Made by a program: the position numbers and the translations under genes. Shown here piece after piece: positions 34,180 through 44,116 of a stretch of 64,000 bases of DNA (position 1 is its first letter; the number at the start of each line of letters is the position of its first letter). The notes beneath the pieces were generated by a model. The model worked only from the letters and a program-made list of their open reading frames with translations, made no database searches and had not been told where the DNA came from. This DNA comes from Escherichia phage vB_EcoM_WFL6982: sequence record MK373774.1. The stretch is one strand, 5' to 3'.

Positions 34180-35751
34180 ATGAAATTTAATATCTTAAGT
34201 TTGTTTGCTCCATGGGCAAAAATGGACGAACGTGATTACAAAGACCAAGAAAAAGAAAATTTAGAATCTATCACCGCACCAAAATTAGACGACGGCGCTA
34301 AAGAATACGAAGTATCTGAAAATGAAGCACAGCAAACATATAATGCTATGTTTCAGAGAATGTTCGGTAGTCAAGAACCAGGGCTCAAATCAACCCGTGA
34401 ATTAATCGATACGTATCGAAATTTGATGACGAACTATGAAGTGGATAATGCAGTCTCTGAAATAGTTTCCGATGCTATTGTATATGAAGATGATACAGAA
34501 GTCGTTTCTATAAATTTAGACAACACAAAATTTAGTCCAAATATAAAATCAATGATGTTGGATGAATTTAACGAAGTGTTGAATCATTTATCTTTCCAAC
34601 GTAAAGGTTCAGACCATTTTAGGCGTTGGTATGTAGATTCTCGAATTTTCTTCCATAAAATTATTGACCCTAAACGCCCTAAAGAAGGTATTAAAGAGCT
34701 TCGTCGTTTAGACCCACGTCAAGTTCAATATGTCCGTGAAGTTATTACAACCACTGAAGCCGGTGTTAAAATAGTCAAGGGTTATAAAGAATATTTCATT
34801 TACGACACATCACACGAATCTTATGCTTGTGATGGTCGCATATATGAAGCTGGCACAAAAATAAAAATCCCTAAAGCCGCGATTGTTTATGCCCATTCTG
34901 GTTTAGTTGATTGTTGTGGTAAAAATATCATCGGTTATTTGCATCGGGCTATTAAGCCAGCGAACCAATTAAAACTTCTTGAAGATGCTGTCGTAATTTA
35001 TCGTATTACTCGTGCTCCCGATCGTCGTGTATGGTACGTTGATACAGGTAATATGCCTTCAAGAAAAGCAGCAGAACATATGCAACATGTTATGAATACG
35101 ATGAAAAACCGTATTGCATACGATGCTACTACAGGCAAGATTAAAAACCAGCAGCATATTATGTCGATGACCGAAGATTATTGGTTACAACGACGTGATG
35201 GTAAAGCAGTAACAGAAGTTGACACATTACCAGGTGCAGATAATACTGGAAATATGGAAGATGTACGTTGGTTCCGTAATGCGCTTTATATGGCTTTACG
35301 TATTCCTATTACCCGTATTCCAAGTGACCAAGGTGGTATACAGTTTGATGCTGGTACTTCTATTACACGAGATGAATTATCATTTGGTAAATTTATTCGT
35401 GAGCTGCAACATAAATTTGAAGAGATATTCCTAGACCCGCTTAAAACTAATTTAATTCTTAAAGGAATTATTACAGAAGATGAGTGGAATGATGAAATAA
35501 ATAATATTAAGATAAAATTTCATCGGGATAGTTATTTCTCGGAATTAAAGGATGCTGAGATTCTGGAGCGTCGCATTAATATGCTTCAGATGGCCGAACC
35601 ATTTATTGGTAAATATATTTCTCACAGAACAGCTATGAAAGATATTCTTCAGATGTCTGACGAGGAAATTGAACAAGAGGCTAAGCAAATTGAAGAAGAG
35701 TCGAAAGAGGCTCGTTTCCAAGACCCCGACCAAGAACAAGAGGATTTTTAA
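34180..35751 (+). CDS. 20: portal vertex protein
   Basis: 523 aa; TATAAATA at 34144-34151. Confidence 0.95.
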   Translation: MKFNILSLFAPWAKMDERDYKDQEKENLESITAPKLDDGAKEYEVSENEAQQTYNAMFQRMFGSQEPGLKSTRELIDTYRNLMTNYEVDNAVSEIVSDAIVYEDDTEVVSINLDNTKFSPNIKSMMLDEFNEVLNHLSFQRKGSDHFRRWYVDSRIFFHKIIDPKRPKEGIKELRRLDPRQVQYVREVITTTEAGVKIVKGYKEYFIYDTSHESYACDGRIYEAGTKIKIPKAAIVYAHSGLVDCCGKNIIGYLHRAIKPANQLKLLEDAVVIYRITRAPDRRVWYVDTGNMPSRKAAEHMQHVMNTMKNRIAYDATTGKIKNQQHIMSMTEDYWLQRRDGKAVTEVDTLPGADNTGNMEDVRWFRNALYMALRIPITRIPSDQGGIQFDAGTSITRDELSFGKFIRELQHKFEEIFLDPLKTNLILKGIITEDEWNDEINNIKIKFHRDSYFSELKDAEILERRINMLQMAEPFIGKYISHRTAMKDILQMSDEEIEQEAKQIEEESKEARFQDPDQEQEDF

Positions 35752-35987
35752 TGGACGATTTAATTCAAGCTATTAAATCAAACGACCTCGTTGCTACTCG
35801 AAAGTTTTTTGAAAGTGCAATGGCAGAAAAAACGGTTCGTTTGATTGAAGCACGCAAAGCAGAAATCGCTTCTCAATTTTTGATTGAAGGCGAAGAACCT
35901 GAAGAAGAAAAGAAAGCTAAAGCTTCGGAAGACGACGCTGATGAAGGCGATGACGACGAAGACGAAGATGATGAGGACGATGAATAA
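35751..35987 (+). CDS. 67: prohead core protein
   Basis: 78 aa with acidic tail; order. Confidence 0.85.
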   Translation: MDDLIQAIKSNDLVATRKFFESAMAEKTVRLIEARKAEIASQFLIEGEEPEEEKKAKASEDDADEGDDDEDEDDEDDE

Positions 35988-36412
35988 TGTATCTTATCCC
36001 TGAATCTTATGAATTGGTACTCGAAAATGTCGAAGCACTTATTCCTGAAGCACAGGGCCGAATCGATGCATTGTCTTCTGCTCTCGATATTGACGATATA
36101 AATACTATTATCGAGAACATGCTTGAAACTGAAACGGATTTAGCTGTTGCAATGGCTTCCATTATTAATGAAGAACAGTTAAATGAGTTTATCGTTAAAC
36201 ATGTTTCTTCTCGTGGTGAAGTCACCCGCACTAAAGACCGTAAAACTCGTGAACGTACCGCGTTCCAAACCACCGGTCTTTCTAAAGCAAAACGTAGACA
36301 AATCGCTCGTAAGGTCGTTAAAGCTAAAAAAGCTAACCCTTCAGGCCAAGTTAAAGGCTTGCGTAAGCGTAAAAAAGCTCTTAAACGTCGTAAAGCATTA
36401 GGATTAAGCTAA
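35987..36412 (+). CDS. 68: prohead core protein
   Basis: 141 aa, order. Confidence 0.85.
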   Translation: MYLIPESYELVLENVEALIPEAQGRIDALSSALDIDDINTIIENMLETETDLAVAMASIINEEQLNEFIVKHVSSRGEVTRTKDRKTRERTAFQTTGLSKAKRRQIARKVVKAKKANPSGQVKGLRKRKKALKRRKALGLS

Positions 36413-37053
36413 TGAATAAACCCGAGTTACTTATTGAAACTTGGGGTCAACCCGGTGAGATTATTGATGGTGTTCCAATGTTGGAATCTCATGATGGAAA
36501 AGATTCTGGCTTAAAACCAGGGCTTTATATAGAAGGTATTTTTCTTCAGGCAGAGGTTGTTAACCGAAATAAACGTTTATATCCTAAACGCGTTTTGGAA
36601 AAAGCAGTAAGTGACTATATTAAAGAACAAGTCGCAACCAAACAAGCCCTTGGAGAATTAAACCATCCACCTCGTGCAAATGTTGACCCTATGCAAGCCG
36701 CTATCATTATTGAAGATATGTGGTGGAAAGGAAACGATGTATATGGACGTGCTAGAATTATTGAAGGAGACCATGGTCCCGGTGATAAATTAGCTGCTAA
36801 TATACGAGCTGGTTGGATTCCAGGTGTTTCCTCTCGTGGTCTTGGTTCTTTAACCGACACCAATAAAGGGTACCGTATCGTGAACGAAGGATTTAAATTA
36901 ACCGTCGGCGTAGATGCCGTATGGGGACCTTCTGCTCCAGATGCTTGGGTTACTCCTAAACAAATATCAGAATCAGAAAATTCGGTGGAAATCACCAAAA
37001 ACAGTGCTGACGAAGCATTTAAAGCTCTCGCAGAGAGTTTAAAAGCATTATAA
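36412..37053 (+). CDS. 21: prohead core scaffold protein and protease
   Basis: 213 aa, order. Confidence 0.9.
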   Translation: MNKPELLIETWGQPGEIIDGVPMLESHDGKDSGLKPGLYIEGIFLQAEVVNRNKRLYPKRVLEKAVSDYIKEQVATKQALGELNHPPRANVDPMQAAIIIEDMWWKGNDVYGRARIIEGDHGPGDKLAANIRAGWIPGVSSRGLGSLTDTNKGYRIVNEGFKLTVGVDAVWGPSAPDAWVTPKQISESENSVEITKNSADEAFKALAESLKAL

Positions 37054-37086
37054 ATAATAATGTAATCTAAACCACAGGACACTAAA

Positions 37087-37899
37087 ATGATCAAAGAACA
37101 ACTTTTGAAAGAAGCTCAGAACATCGAGACTTCAGTTGCTCTTAATAGTGTTTTCGAATCAGTAGAACTGTCTCCGGACGTTAAAGCTAATTTCAGCACT
37201 GTATTCGAAGCCACCGTTAAGCAGGAAGCAGTCAAACTTGCTGAATCTCATATCAAAGCCATCGCCGAAAAGGCCGAAGAAGAAGTTGAAAAGGCTAAAG
37301 AAGATGCTGAAGAGAAAGCTGATAAAAAATTGGCTGAACAAGCTTCTAAATTCCTAGACCATCTTGCAAAAGAATGGCTCGCAGAAAACCAAATCGCAGT
37401 TGATAAAGGCATTAAAGCTGATTTGTTCGAATCCATGCTTGGTGGTCTGAAAGAACTGTTTGTTGAACATAACGTTGTTGTTCCAGAAGAATCTGTAGAT
37501 GTTGTAGCAGAAATGGAAGAAGAGCTGGCCGAACATAAAGAAGAAACCGCTCGTTTGTTCGAAGAAGTTACCAAACGTGATGCATATATCAATTACGTTC
37601 AGCGTGAAACCGCTATTAATGAAAGCGTAAAAGACCTGACTGAATCTCAGAAAGAAAAAGTTATTGGCCTGGTTGAAGGTATGGATTATTCTGACGCATT
37701 TGGTACTAAGTTAACTGCTATTGTAGAAATGGTTAAAGGTTCTACTAAAGAAGAAGCCGCTATTACCGAAAGTATAAATACAGTTGACAATGACGCTGCC
37801 GGTCTTAATTTTGTTGCCGAAGCAGTTGACACTACCACAACTCAGGTAGAACAGAATTCTAATGTAAGTTTATATGCGAAAGTCGCATCTCGTTTCTAA
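37087..37899 (+). CDS. 22: prohead core scaffold protein
   Basis: 270 aa, Glu/Ala/Lys-rich; TATAAATA at 37049-37056. Confidence 0.9.
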   Translation: MIKEQLLKEAQNIETSVALNSVFESVELSPDVKANFSTVFEATVKQEAVKLAESHIKAIAEKAEEEVEKAKEDAEEKADKKLAEQASKFLDHLAKEWLAENQIAVDKGIKADLFESMLGGLKELFVEHNVVVPEESVDVVAEMEEELAEHKEETARLFEEVTKRDAYINYVQRETAINESVKDLTESQKEKVIGLVEGMDYSDAFGTKLTAIVEMVKGSTKEEAAITESINTVDNDAAGLNFVAEAVDTTTTQVEQNSNVSLYAKVASRF

Positions 37900-37916
37900 T
37901 TTAAAGGTTAACACAA

Positions 37917-39485
37917 ATGACTACTATCAAAACTAAAGCTCAGCTCGTAGACAAATGGAAAGAACTGCTGGAAGGTGAAGGCCTGCCGGAAATCGCTAAT
38001 AGCAAGCAGGCTATTATCGCTAAAATCTTCGAAAACCAGGAAAAAGATTTCGAAGTATCCCCTGAATATAAAGACGAGAAAATCGCTCAGGCATTTGGTT
38101 CTTTCTTGACCGAAGCTGAAATTGGCGGTGACCACGGTTATAACGCTCAGAACATCGCAGCAGGTCAAACCTCTGGTGCAGTAACCCAAATTGGGCCGGC
38201 AGTTATGGGTATGGTTCGTCGTGCTATTCCTAATCTGATCGCTTTTGATATTTGTGGTGTTCAGCCTATGAACAGCCCTACCGGTCAGGTATTTGCTCTC
38301 CGTGCAGTATATGGTAAAGACCCTATCGCTGCCGGCGCTAAAGAAGCTTTCCATCCGATGTATGCTCCAGATGCGATGTTCTCTGGTCAGGGTGCTGCTA
38401 AGAAATTCCCAGCTCTGGCTGCTAGCACACAAACCACAGTAGGTGATATCTATACTCACTTCTTCCAAGAAACTGGTACTGTATATCTGCAAGCTTCTGC
38501 TGTCGTAACACTTGATTCTGGTGCAACTGATGCAGCTAAATTAGATGCAGAAGTTAAGAAACAAATGGAAGCTGGTGCACTGGTAGAAATCGCTGAAGGT
38601 ATGGCTACTTCTATCGCTGAACTCCAGGAAGGTTTCAACGGTTCTACCGATAACCCATGGAATGAAATGGGCTTCCGTATCGATAAACAAGTTATCGAAG
38701 CTAAATCTCGCCAGCTGAAAGCTGCTTACTCTATCGAATTAGCACAAGACCTCCGTGCAGTACACGGTATGGATGCTGATGCTGAATTGAGTGGTATTCT
38801 GGCTACAGAAATTATGCTAGAAATCAACCGTGAAGTTGTTGATTGGATTAACTACTCTGCACAGGTTGGTAAATCTGGTATGACCCTGACTCCGGGTTCT
38901 AAAGCTGGTGTATTTGACTTCCAGGACCCGATTGATATCCGTGGTGCTCGTTGGGCCGGTGAAAGCTTTAAATCTCTGTTGTTCCAGATTGATAAAGAAG
39001 CAGTTGAAATTGCTCGTCAAACCGGTCGCGGTGAAGGTAACTTCATTATCGCTTCCCGTAACGTAGTTAACGTACTGGCTTCAGTTGATACTGGTATTTC
39101 TTACGCTGCACAGGGTCTGGCTTCTGGTTTTAATACCGACACTACTAAGTCTGTATTTGCCGGTGTCCTTGGTGGTAAATACCGCGTATACATCGACCAG
39201 TATGCTAAACAGGATTACTTCACCGTTGGTTACAAAGGCGCTAACGAAATGGATGCAGGTATCTACTATGCTCCTTACGTTGCACTTACCCCGCTGCGTG
39301 GTTCCGATCCTAAGAACTTCCAGCCGGTAATGGGCTTTAAAACTCGTTACGGTATCGGTGTTAACCCGTTTGCTGAAAGTTCCCTGCAGGCTCCAGGTGC
39401 TCGCATCCAGTCCGGTATGCCGTCTATCCTGAACAGCCTTGGTAAGAACGCTTACTTTAGACGCGTCTACGTTAAAGGAATTTAA
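37917..39485 (+). CDS. 23: major capsid protein
   Basis: 522 aa, order. Confidence 0.95.
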   Translation: MTTIKTKAQLVDKWKELLEGEGLPEIANSKQAIIAKIFENQEKDFEVSPEYKDEKIAQAFGSFLTEAEIGGDHGYNAQNIAAGQTSGAVTQIGPAVMGMVRRAIPNLIAFDICGVQPMNSPTGQVFALRAVYGKDPIAAGAKEAFHPMYAPDAMFSGQGAAKKFPALAASTQTTVGDIYTHFFQETGTVYLQASAVVTLDSGATDAAKLDAEVKKQMEAGALVEIAEGMATSIAELQEGFNGSTDNPWNEMGFRIDKQVIEAKSRQLKAAYSIELAQDLRAVHGMDADAELSGILATEIMLEINREVVDWINYSAQVGKSGMTLTPGSKAGVFDFQDPIDIRGARWAGESFKSLLFQIDKEAVEIARQTGRGEGNFIIASRNVVNVLASVDTGISYAAQGLASGFNTDTTKSVFAGVLGGKYRVYIDQYAKQDYFTVGYKGANEMDAGIYYAPYVALTPLRGSDPKNFQPVMGFKTRYGIGVNPFAESSLQAPGARIQSGMPSILNSLGKNAYFRRVYVKGI

Positions 39486-39514
39486 TGCTTTAACGTTAAA
39501 ATACATAACCTTAT

Positions 39515-39532
39515 GGGAGACTTCGGTCTCCC
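39515..39532 (+). terminator. GGGAGACUUCGGUCUCCC hairpin terminator
   Basis: Identical 18-nt hairpin to 20163-20180, followed by ATTTTTGG. Confidence 0.75.
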
Positions 39533-39542
39533 ATTTTTGGTT

Positions 39543-39812
39543 TTATTTCTGTGCAATTTCGATGTAAGTTTTCAAAATATTTTGCCAATTAGGCATACCT
39601 TCTTGGGCATATGCCGGAGAACCATCTTTGTTTTTGAATGATGCAAGTTTATCAGTGGCCCAATAACCTTTAGCTCGAGCTTCAGAATCAACTTTCATCC
39701 ATACTTTGTTGAAGGCATTACCATTAACTTTTGCACCATATTTTTCTACTAACTTAACTGCTTCAGCTTCCAGAACTTTTAAAGTATCTCGTAAGAAACG
39801 TGCTTTAGTCAT
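39543..39812 (-). CDS. hypothetical small basic protein (early gene inside the late capsid block)
   Basis: 89-aa ORF with GAGGAG SD and its own early promoter; no match to any T4 protein I recall. Confidence 0.65.
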   Translation of the reverse strand: MTKARFLRDTLKVLEAEAVKLVEKYGAKVNGNAFNKVWMKVDSEARAKGYWATDKLASFKNKDGSPAYAQEGMPNWQNILKTYIEIAQK

Positions 39813-39824
39813 TTTGTTTACTCC

Positions 39825-39875
39825 TCTGTAGTTGATAAGTCTATAGTATCACATACCAAATACGTTGTAAACAAT
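39825..39875 (-). promoter_or_regulatory. T4-type early promoter
   Basis: Minus strand GTTTAC-N18-TACTAT-AGACTTATCAA. Confidence 0.55.
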
Positions 39876-39878
39876 CTT

Positions 39879-39886
39879 TATAAATA
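39879..39886 (+). promoter_or_regulatory. late promoter TATAAATA
   Basis: Exact TATAAATA upstream of gene 24, back to back with the early promoter. Confidence 0.65.
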
Positions 39887-39913
39887 ATCTATATCACATA
39901 AGGAAAAAATGCA

Positions 39914-41197
39914 ATGAGTAAAATCCAAAAATTATTGCGTGAATCTACAACGTCTACTAGCAACTCAATTGGTCGCCCAAATCTCGTTGCTTTGACTCGC
40001 GCTACGACTAAATTAATATATTCTGACATTGTAGCAACACAAAGAACTAATCAACCTGTTGCTGCTTTTTATGGTATCAAATATCTTAACCCAGATAACG
40101 AATTCACATTTAAAACTGGCGCTACTTATGCTGGTGAAGCTGGATACGTAGACCGAGAAAAAATTACTGAGCTCACAGAAGAATCAAAAGTCACACTAAA
40201 TAAAGGCGATTTTTTCAAATATAATAATATCGTCTATAAAGTGTTAGAAGATACACCATTTGCAGATATTCAAGAAAGTGATCTAGAATTAGCTCTTCAG
40301 ATTGCAGTCGTTCATTTAAAGGTACGGTTATTTTCAGATGCAGCGGTAACAAGCAAATTTGAAAGCTCTGATAGCGAAATTTCTGATGCAAGATTCCAGA
40401 TTAATAAATGGCAAACTTCAGTCAAATCTCGTAAACTTAAAACTGGTCTCACGGTTGAATTAGCGCAAGATTTGGAAGCGAATGGATTTGATGCCCCTAA
40501 CTTCTTAGAAGATTTGCTTGCTACTGAAATGGCAGATGAAATTAATAAAGATATTCTTCAGTCTTTAATTACTGTATCGAAACGTTATAAAGTTACTGGA
40601 ATTACTGACACCGGATTTATTGACTTGAGCTATGCATCCGCTCCAGAAGCAGGTCGTTCGTTATATCGAATGGTGTGTGAAATGGTATCACACATCCAAA
40701 AAGAGACAACTTATACTGCAACGTTTTGTGTAGCCTCAGCTCGTGCAGCTGCTATTCTTGCTGCTTCCGGTTGGTTAAAACATAAGCCAGAAGATGACAA
40801 GTATCTTTCACAAAATGCTTATGGATTCTTGGCAAATGGATTACCTCTTTACTGCGATACCAACAGCCCGTTAGATTATGTTATTGTGGGTGTTGTAGAA
40901 AATCTCGGCGAAAAAGAAATTGTAGGGTCCATCTTTTATGCTCCATACACTGAAGGAGTGGATTTAGATGACCCGGAACATGTCGGTGCATTTAAAGTTG
41001 TAGTTGATCCGGAAAGCTTGCAACCGTCTATTGGATTATTGGTTAGATATGCTTTATCAGCAAATCCTTACACAGTAGCAAAAGATGAAAAAGAAGCGAG
41101 AGTAATTGATGGCGGGGACATGGATAAAATGGCGGGACGTTCAGACTTGTCTGTTTTACTCGGTGTTAAATTGCCTAAAATTATTATAGATGAATAA
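39914..41197 (+). CDS. 24: capsid vertex protein
   Basis: 427 aa, order. Confidence 0.9.
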   Translation: MSKIQKLLRESTTSTSNSIGRPNLVALTRATTKLIYSDIVATQRTNQPVAAFYGIKYLNPDNEFTFKTGATYAGEAGYVDREKITELTEESKVTLNKGDFFKYNNIVYKVLEDTPFADIQESDLELALQIAVVHLKVRLFSDAAVTSKFESSDSEISDARFQINKWQTSVKSRKLKTGLTVELAQDLEANGFDAPNFLEDLLATEMADEINKDILQSLITVSKRYKVTGITDTGFIDLSYASAPEAGRSLYRMVCEMVSHIQKETTYTATFCVASARAAAILAASGWLKHKPEDDKYLSQNAYGFLANGLPLYCDTNSPLDYVIVGVVENLGEKEIVGSIFYAPYTEGVDLDDPEHVGAFKVVVDPESLQPSIGLLVRYALSANPYTVAKDEKEARVIDGGDMDKMAGRSDLSVLLGVKLPKIIIDE

Positions 41198-41208
41198 ACA
41201 AAAAAAAA

Positions 41209-41224
41209 GGGACCGTAAGGTCCC
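41209..41224. terminator. bidirectional terminator hairpin
   Basis: A9-GGGACCGTAAGGTCCC-T7 between convergent genes 24 and rnlB. Confidence 0.75.
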
Positions 41225-41233
41225 TTTTTTTCG

Positions 41234-42232
41234 TTATGATACTAATTCAATCCATGCAGGACGCAGAACATCTTGCACCATTCGGACTAATTCTTTCTTA
41301 ACAAGATTCGGATTATCAGATGATGTTAATACAATACCTTCACGAGAAGTTTCTTCCAGAATATCTTGAACAGTCAATCCCATCACTTTGCCAAAAGATT
41401 TTGGCGTTACAGCCCCAATCTTAGAAATAACATTATTAACACGATTTAATGTAACATAACAAGCTAGAACATCAAGCAAGTTTTTGTCAATTTCGGTTAA
41501 TGGAACCTGAGTTTTAATAGGCTTATCAGACTTTTTCTTTTCACTGAATTTAGAGTTCTTGCACTTAATAGCTACACGAGTACCGTTTGGCAGCCATTTA
41601 GGGAAACAAGGCTTCAGAACATAACCTTCTGCCGTATTATCGCCAATAACATTAGCATCAAATACACAATTATTTGCTTCGACAAGGTCTTCTGACGCAG
41701 TAGCATTATAAGCGGCTAAGACGGAATCAAGGTCATTTGGAATCATGATAAGAGAATCAAATGTTCCACGACCAAGCATTGGTGCCATTTTAAAACCGAA
41801 TTCATTACAGAAATCTTGCATTTCGTAATCGGTCAAATACGTATTATCACCACTTTCTGTATTGATAAGGATATCGAACACATAAAAATCTTTTTCACCG
41901 TAGTCAACACCTTTCTGGATTCCACCACCAGCAAATTCACCGAATACTTGATATGATACGGCTCGAGCTGTGTACATGAATTCCTGAACGGCTTTAATAG
42001 CTTTATCATACTTCTTGAGTACGATTTCATAACCATAAAAATCTTCTGCTGGAAGAATAGGGCCTGTGCGCTTGGCGCATGTGACGTTGCCACGTTCAAT
42101 TATTAACGAGAAGTTGGTCCCATGGATTTTCTCACGTGCTACCCAAACACCAGTAGTCAAACCATTAGTGTAGAGTTTTTCAATAAACTTAGAGTTGTAG
42201 TGGTTTTCAAGACTGCTGTATTTCTTAAACAT
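41234..42232 (-). CDS. rnlB: RNA ligase 2
   Basis: [21 protein letters not shown].. and ligase motif [11 protein letters not shown] match T4 Rnl2. Confidence 0.9.
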   Translation of the reverse strand: MFKKYSSLENHYNSKFIEKLYTNGLTTGVWVAREKIHGTNFSLIIERGNVTCAKRTGPILPAEDFYGYEIVLKKYDKAIKAVQEFMYTARAVSYQVFGEFAGGGIQKGVDYGEKDFYVFDILINTESGDNTYLTDYEMQDFCNEFGFKMAPMLGRGTFDSLIMIPNDLDSVLAAYNATASEDLVEANNCVFDANVIGDNTAEGYVLKPCFPKWLPNGTRVAIKCKNSKFSEKKKSDKPIKTQVPLTEIDKNLLDVLACYVTLNRVNNVISKIGAVTPKSFGKVMGLTVQDILEETSREGIVLTSSDNPNLVKKELVRMVQDVLRPAWIELVS

Positions 42233-42309
42233 AAATCACCATTATAAATAATAATATCAAAATAATTAGCAGAGACTCTATCTCTGACCGGATGTTTAAT
42301 TTGAATGGA

Positions 42310-42345
42310 TAGAACCTAGATTCATTATACCATCAAAAAATGTAA
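42310..42345 (-). promoter_or_regulatory. candidate MotA-dependent middle promoter
   Basis: Minus strand TATGCTTTACA followed 13 nt later by TATAAT, upstream of rnlB. Confidence 0.4.
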
Positions 42346-42351
42346 AGCATA

Positions 42352-42603
42352 CTAGAACTTGATTTCTATCCAGTGCCCATCACGCTGGTCGTGATTAATT
42401 TTGTACTGAAAGCCGTTATCACGAAGCCATTGACCGACTTGTTCAGTTATAGTTAAATCGTTCTTTGACGGGTAGTACGTGAATTGTGTCTGGCCTTTAT
42501 CAGCGGCTTTCTCTGCTATCACAGAGAAGTTAGTAATAAAATCACTCAACAAATTAGCTTTAGCGGCCAGAGCCCTTTCTCTTAATTCCTGTGCAAAACT
42601 CAT
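42352..42603 (-). CDS. hypothetical protein (24.2 position)
   Basis: 83-aa ORF, synteny. Confidence 0.55.
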   Translation of the reverse strand: MSFAQELRERALAAKANLLSDFITNFSVIAEKAADKGQTQFTYYPSKNDLTITEQVGQWLRDNGFQYKINHDQRDGHWIEIKF

Positions 42604-42800
42604 TTCTTCACCTTTTTGTTAATCAAACGTTTACGGTATACAACTTTTTCTTTTGCTTTAAACTTTGACCGAGCTGTCTCGGCTTTAGTCCATAGTAATC
42701 CAACTTCTTTAGGTTGTAAACCAATTTTTTGAGCAATTTCTACGAATGAAAATCCCGCCTCATGTAATGTATAAACTTCAACTTCAGCTCTCATAATCAA
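42600..42800 (-). CDS. hypothetical protein (24.3 position)
   Basis: 66-aa basic ORF, synteny. Confidence 0.5.
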   Translation of the reverse strand: MIMRAEVEVYTLHEAGFSFVEIAQKIGLQPKEVGLLWTKAETARSKFKAKEKVVYRKRLINKKVKK

Positions 42801-42875
42801 TCCCGTATTATTTGGTTTGTGCCATTATATACATCAATCTCAAGATGTGTTTTGTATGCTTTAAAAACGAAGAAA

Positions 42876-42889
42876 GGGGCCGAAGCCCC
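42876..42889 (-). terminator. GGGGCUUCGGCCCC hairpin
   Basis: Hairpin then T-rich run downstream of hoc on the minus strand. Confidence 0.5.
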
Positions 42890-42893
42890 TTGA

Positions 42894-43388
42894 TTATGGA
42901 TATGTATAGATGATACCAGTTTCCAAAGCAGTTTTATGGATGATGTATCCATTACGTGATTCTTGAACATCAACTTCTGGATAGTCTTTCATCATCTTCT
43001 GAAGCGTATAACGATGCAAGTAATACTTACTATCTGGATCTTCAGTTTTCCAATCTTTACCTTCTTCAGTCATTTTTTGGATTTCATCCATAACCCACCA
43101 ACCGCACCAGATGTAAGCTGAAGTACGATGTGGAAGAGGATGAACATAAGGTAATTCACCTTCTGGAACTGTATTTGTTGCAACTACTTTAATAGTCTTT
43201 TGACCGGCAGGTCCTTTTAGTACATAACTAAAAGTTGCTTCAGCTCCATCTTGCGGAACATCATCTACAGACCAAGCATATGTAATAGTTCCACCTCCAG
43301 TTTCACCACCGGGAGTAGCAGTAAACTGCTTAGTCTCATCTATAACTCCAGTAGGTGTTTTAGGAGTTATATCAACTGTAAAAGCCAT
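42894..43388 (-). CDS. hoc: highly immunogenic outer capsid protein, short single-Ig form
   Basis: N-terminal MAFTVDITPKTPTGVIDETKQF.. and C-terminal ..PYVHPLPHRTSAYIWCGWWVMDEIQ.. match T4 Hoc ends; only 164 aa. Confidence 0.8.
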   Translation of the reverse strand: MAFTVDITPKTPTGVIDETKQFTATPGGETGGGTITYAWSVDDVPQDGAEATFSYVLKGPAGQKTIKVVATNTVPEGELPYVHPLPHRTSAYIWCGWWVMDEIQKMTEEGKDWKTEDPDSKYYLHRYTLQKMMKDYPEVDVQESRNGYIIHKTALETGIIYTYP

Positions 43389-43397
43389 AAGTTATCC

Positions 43398-44066
43398 TTA
43401 TTTTAATGTTACGAAAGAAGAATTACGAGTTTCACGAATTAGAACTGATCCATCGCGATTAATATAATAAATTAAGCTAAATAATGTTTGGTGAGCAGAA
43501 GCGTGCACAAAACTGGTTGGGCGAGATTTCCAATCTGGGGTTTCGGCTATCCATTGATAAATCCACCAAGGAACAGTAACATATCCTGGGCCTTTGCCTA
43601 ATTTAATGAGTGTAGGACTAAAATTTTCAGGCAGAACAAATTTTACTTCTTTATTTACCTCTGGATCAGGCTCTTTTTCAGATTCAACAACCTGAGTAAT
43701 TGCTTCTTCGAATTTATCATGGTCGAATTCTTTTTCTTGTTCGACAACTTCTAATACTTCAACTTGTTCTGTTGGAGAATCAAACAACAGAATAGCTTCT
43801 TCTTTAACTTCTTCGTTGGTGAAATTAACACCGTCCACATCATCTGCGGCAGTAATTAAATCGGTGATAGATAATCCATCGGTTTCAGGTAATGGTTCAT
43901 CAGCCAGTGCGTTAAGAGCTTCTTCGATATCAATAACAATATTATCGAATGATTTTGTTTTCTTAACACTAATGCCAAATTGTTTCGCATATTCGAACAG
44001 TTTAGCTTTGGCTTCCTTTTTATCAGAAAGAGCACGTAACTCTTCAATATAGTCTTTATCGATCAT
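43398..44066 (-). CDS. inh: inhibitor of prohead protease
   Basis: 222 aa adjacent to hoc as in T4. Confidence 0.65.
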   Translation of the reverse strand: MIDKDYIEELRALSDKKEAKAKLFEYAKQFGISVKKTKSFDNIVIDIEEALNALADEPLPETDGLSITDLITAADDVDGVNFTNEEVKEEAILLFDSPTEQVEVLEVVEQEKEFDHDKFEEAITQVVESEKEPDPEVNKEVKFVLPENFSPTLIKLGKGPGYVTVPWWIYQWIAETPDWKSRPTSFVHASAHQTLFSLIYYINRDGSVLIRETRNSSFVTLK

Positions 44067-44079
44067 GGTATTTCCTCAT

Positions 44080-44087
44080 TATAAATA
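44080..44087 (+). promoter_or_regulatory. late promoter TATAAATA
   Basis: Exact TATAAATA upstream of uvsW. Confidence 0.6.
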
Positions 44088-44116
44088 TAACTATATTTAT
44101 TACATGGTAATTTGAC

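Noticed and set aside
35900-35987. GA-rich low-complexity stretches (also at 45840-45890)
   Set aside because: They encode the acidic Asp/Glu tails of gp67 and UvsW.1; coding low complexity, not regulatory repeats.
36615-37094. 159-aa minus-strand ORF
   Set aside because: Antisense within prohead protease gene 21.
37908-39506. Minus-strand ORFs (194 aa, 141 aa and shorter) inside gene 23
   Set aside because: Antisense to the major capsid gene; no start signals; artefacts of a long GC-balanced coding region.
39486-39913. Expected segD homing endonuclease between genes 23 and 24 (and segE near uvsW)
   Set aside because: No GIY-YIG or other endonuclease ORF is present at either site; the 23-24 gap holds the 89-aa early ORF and the hoc/inh-uvsW junction is only about 50 bp.
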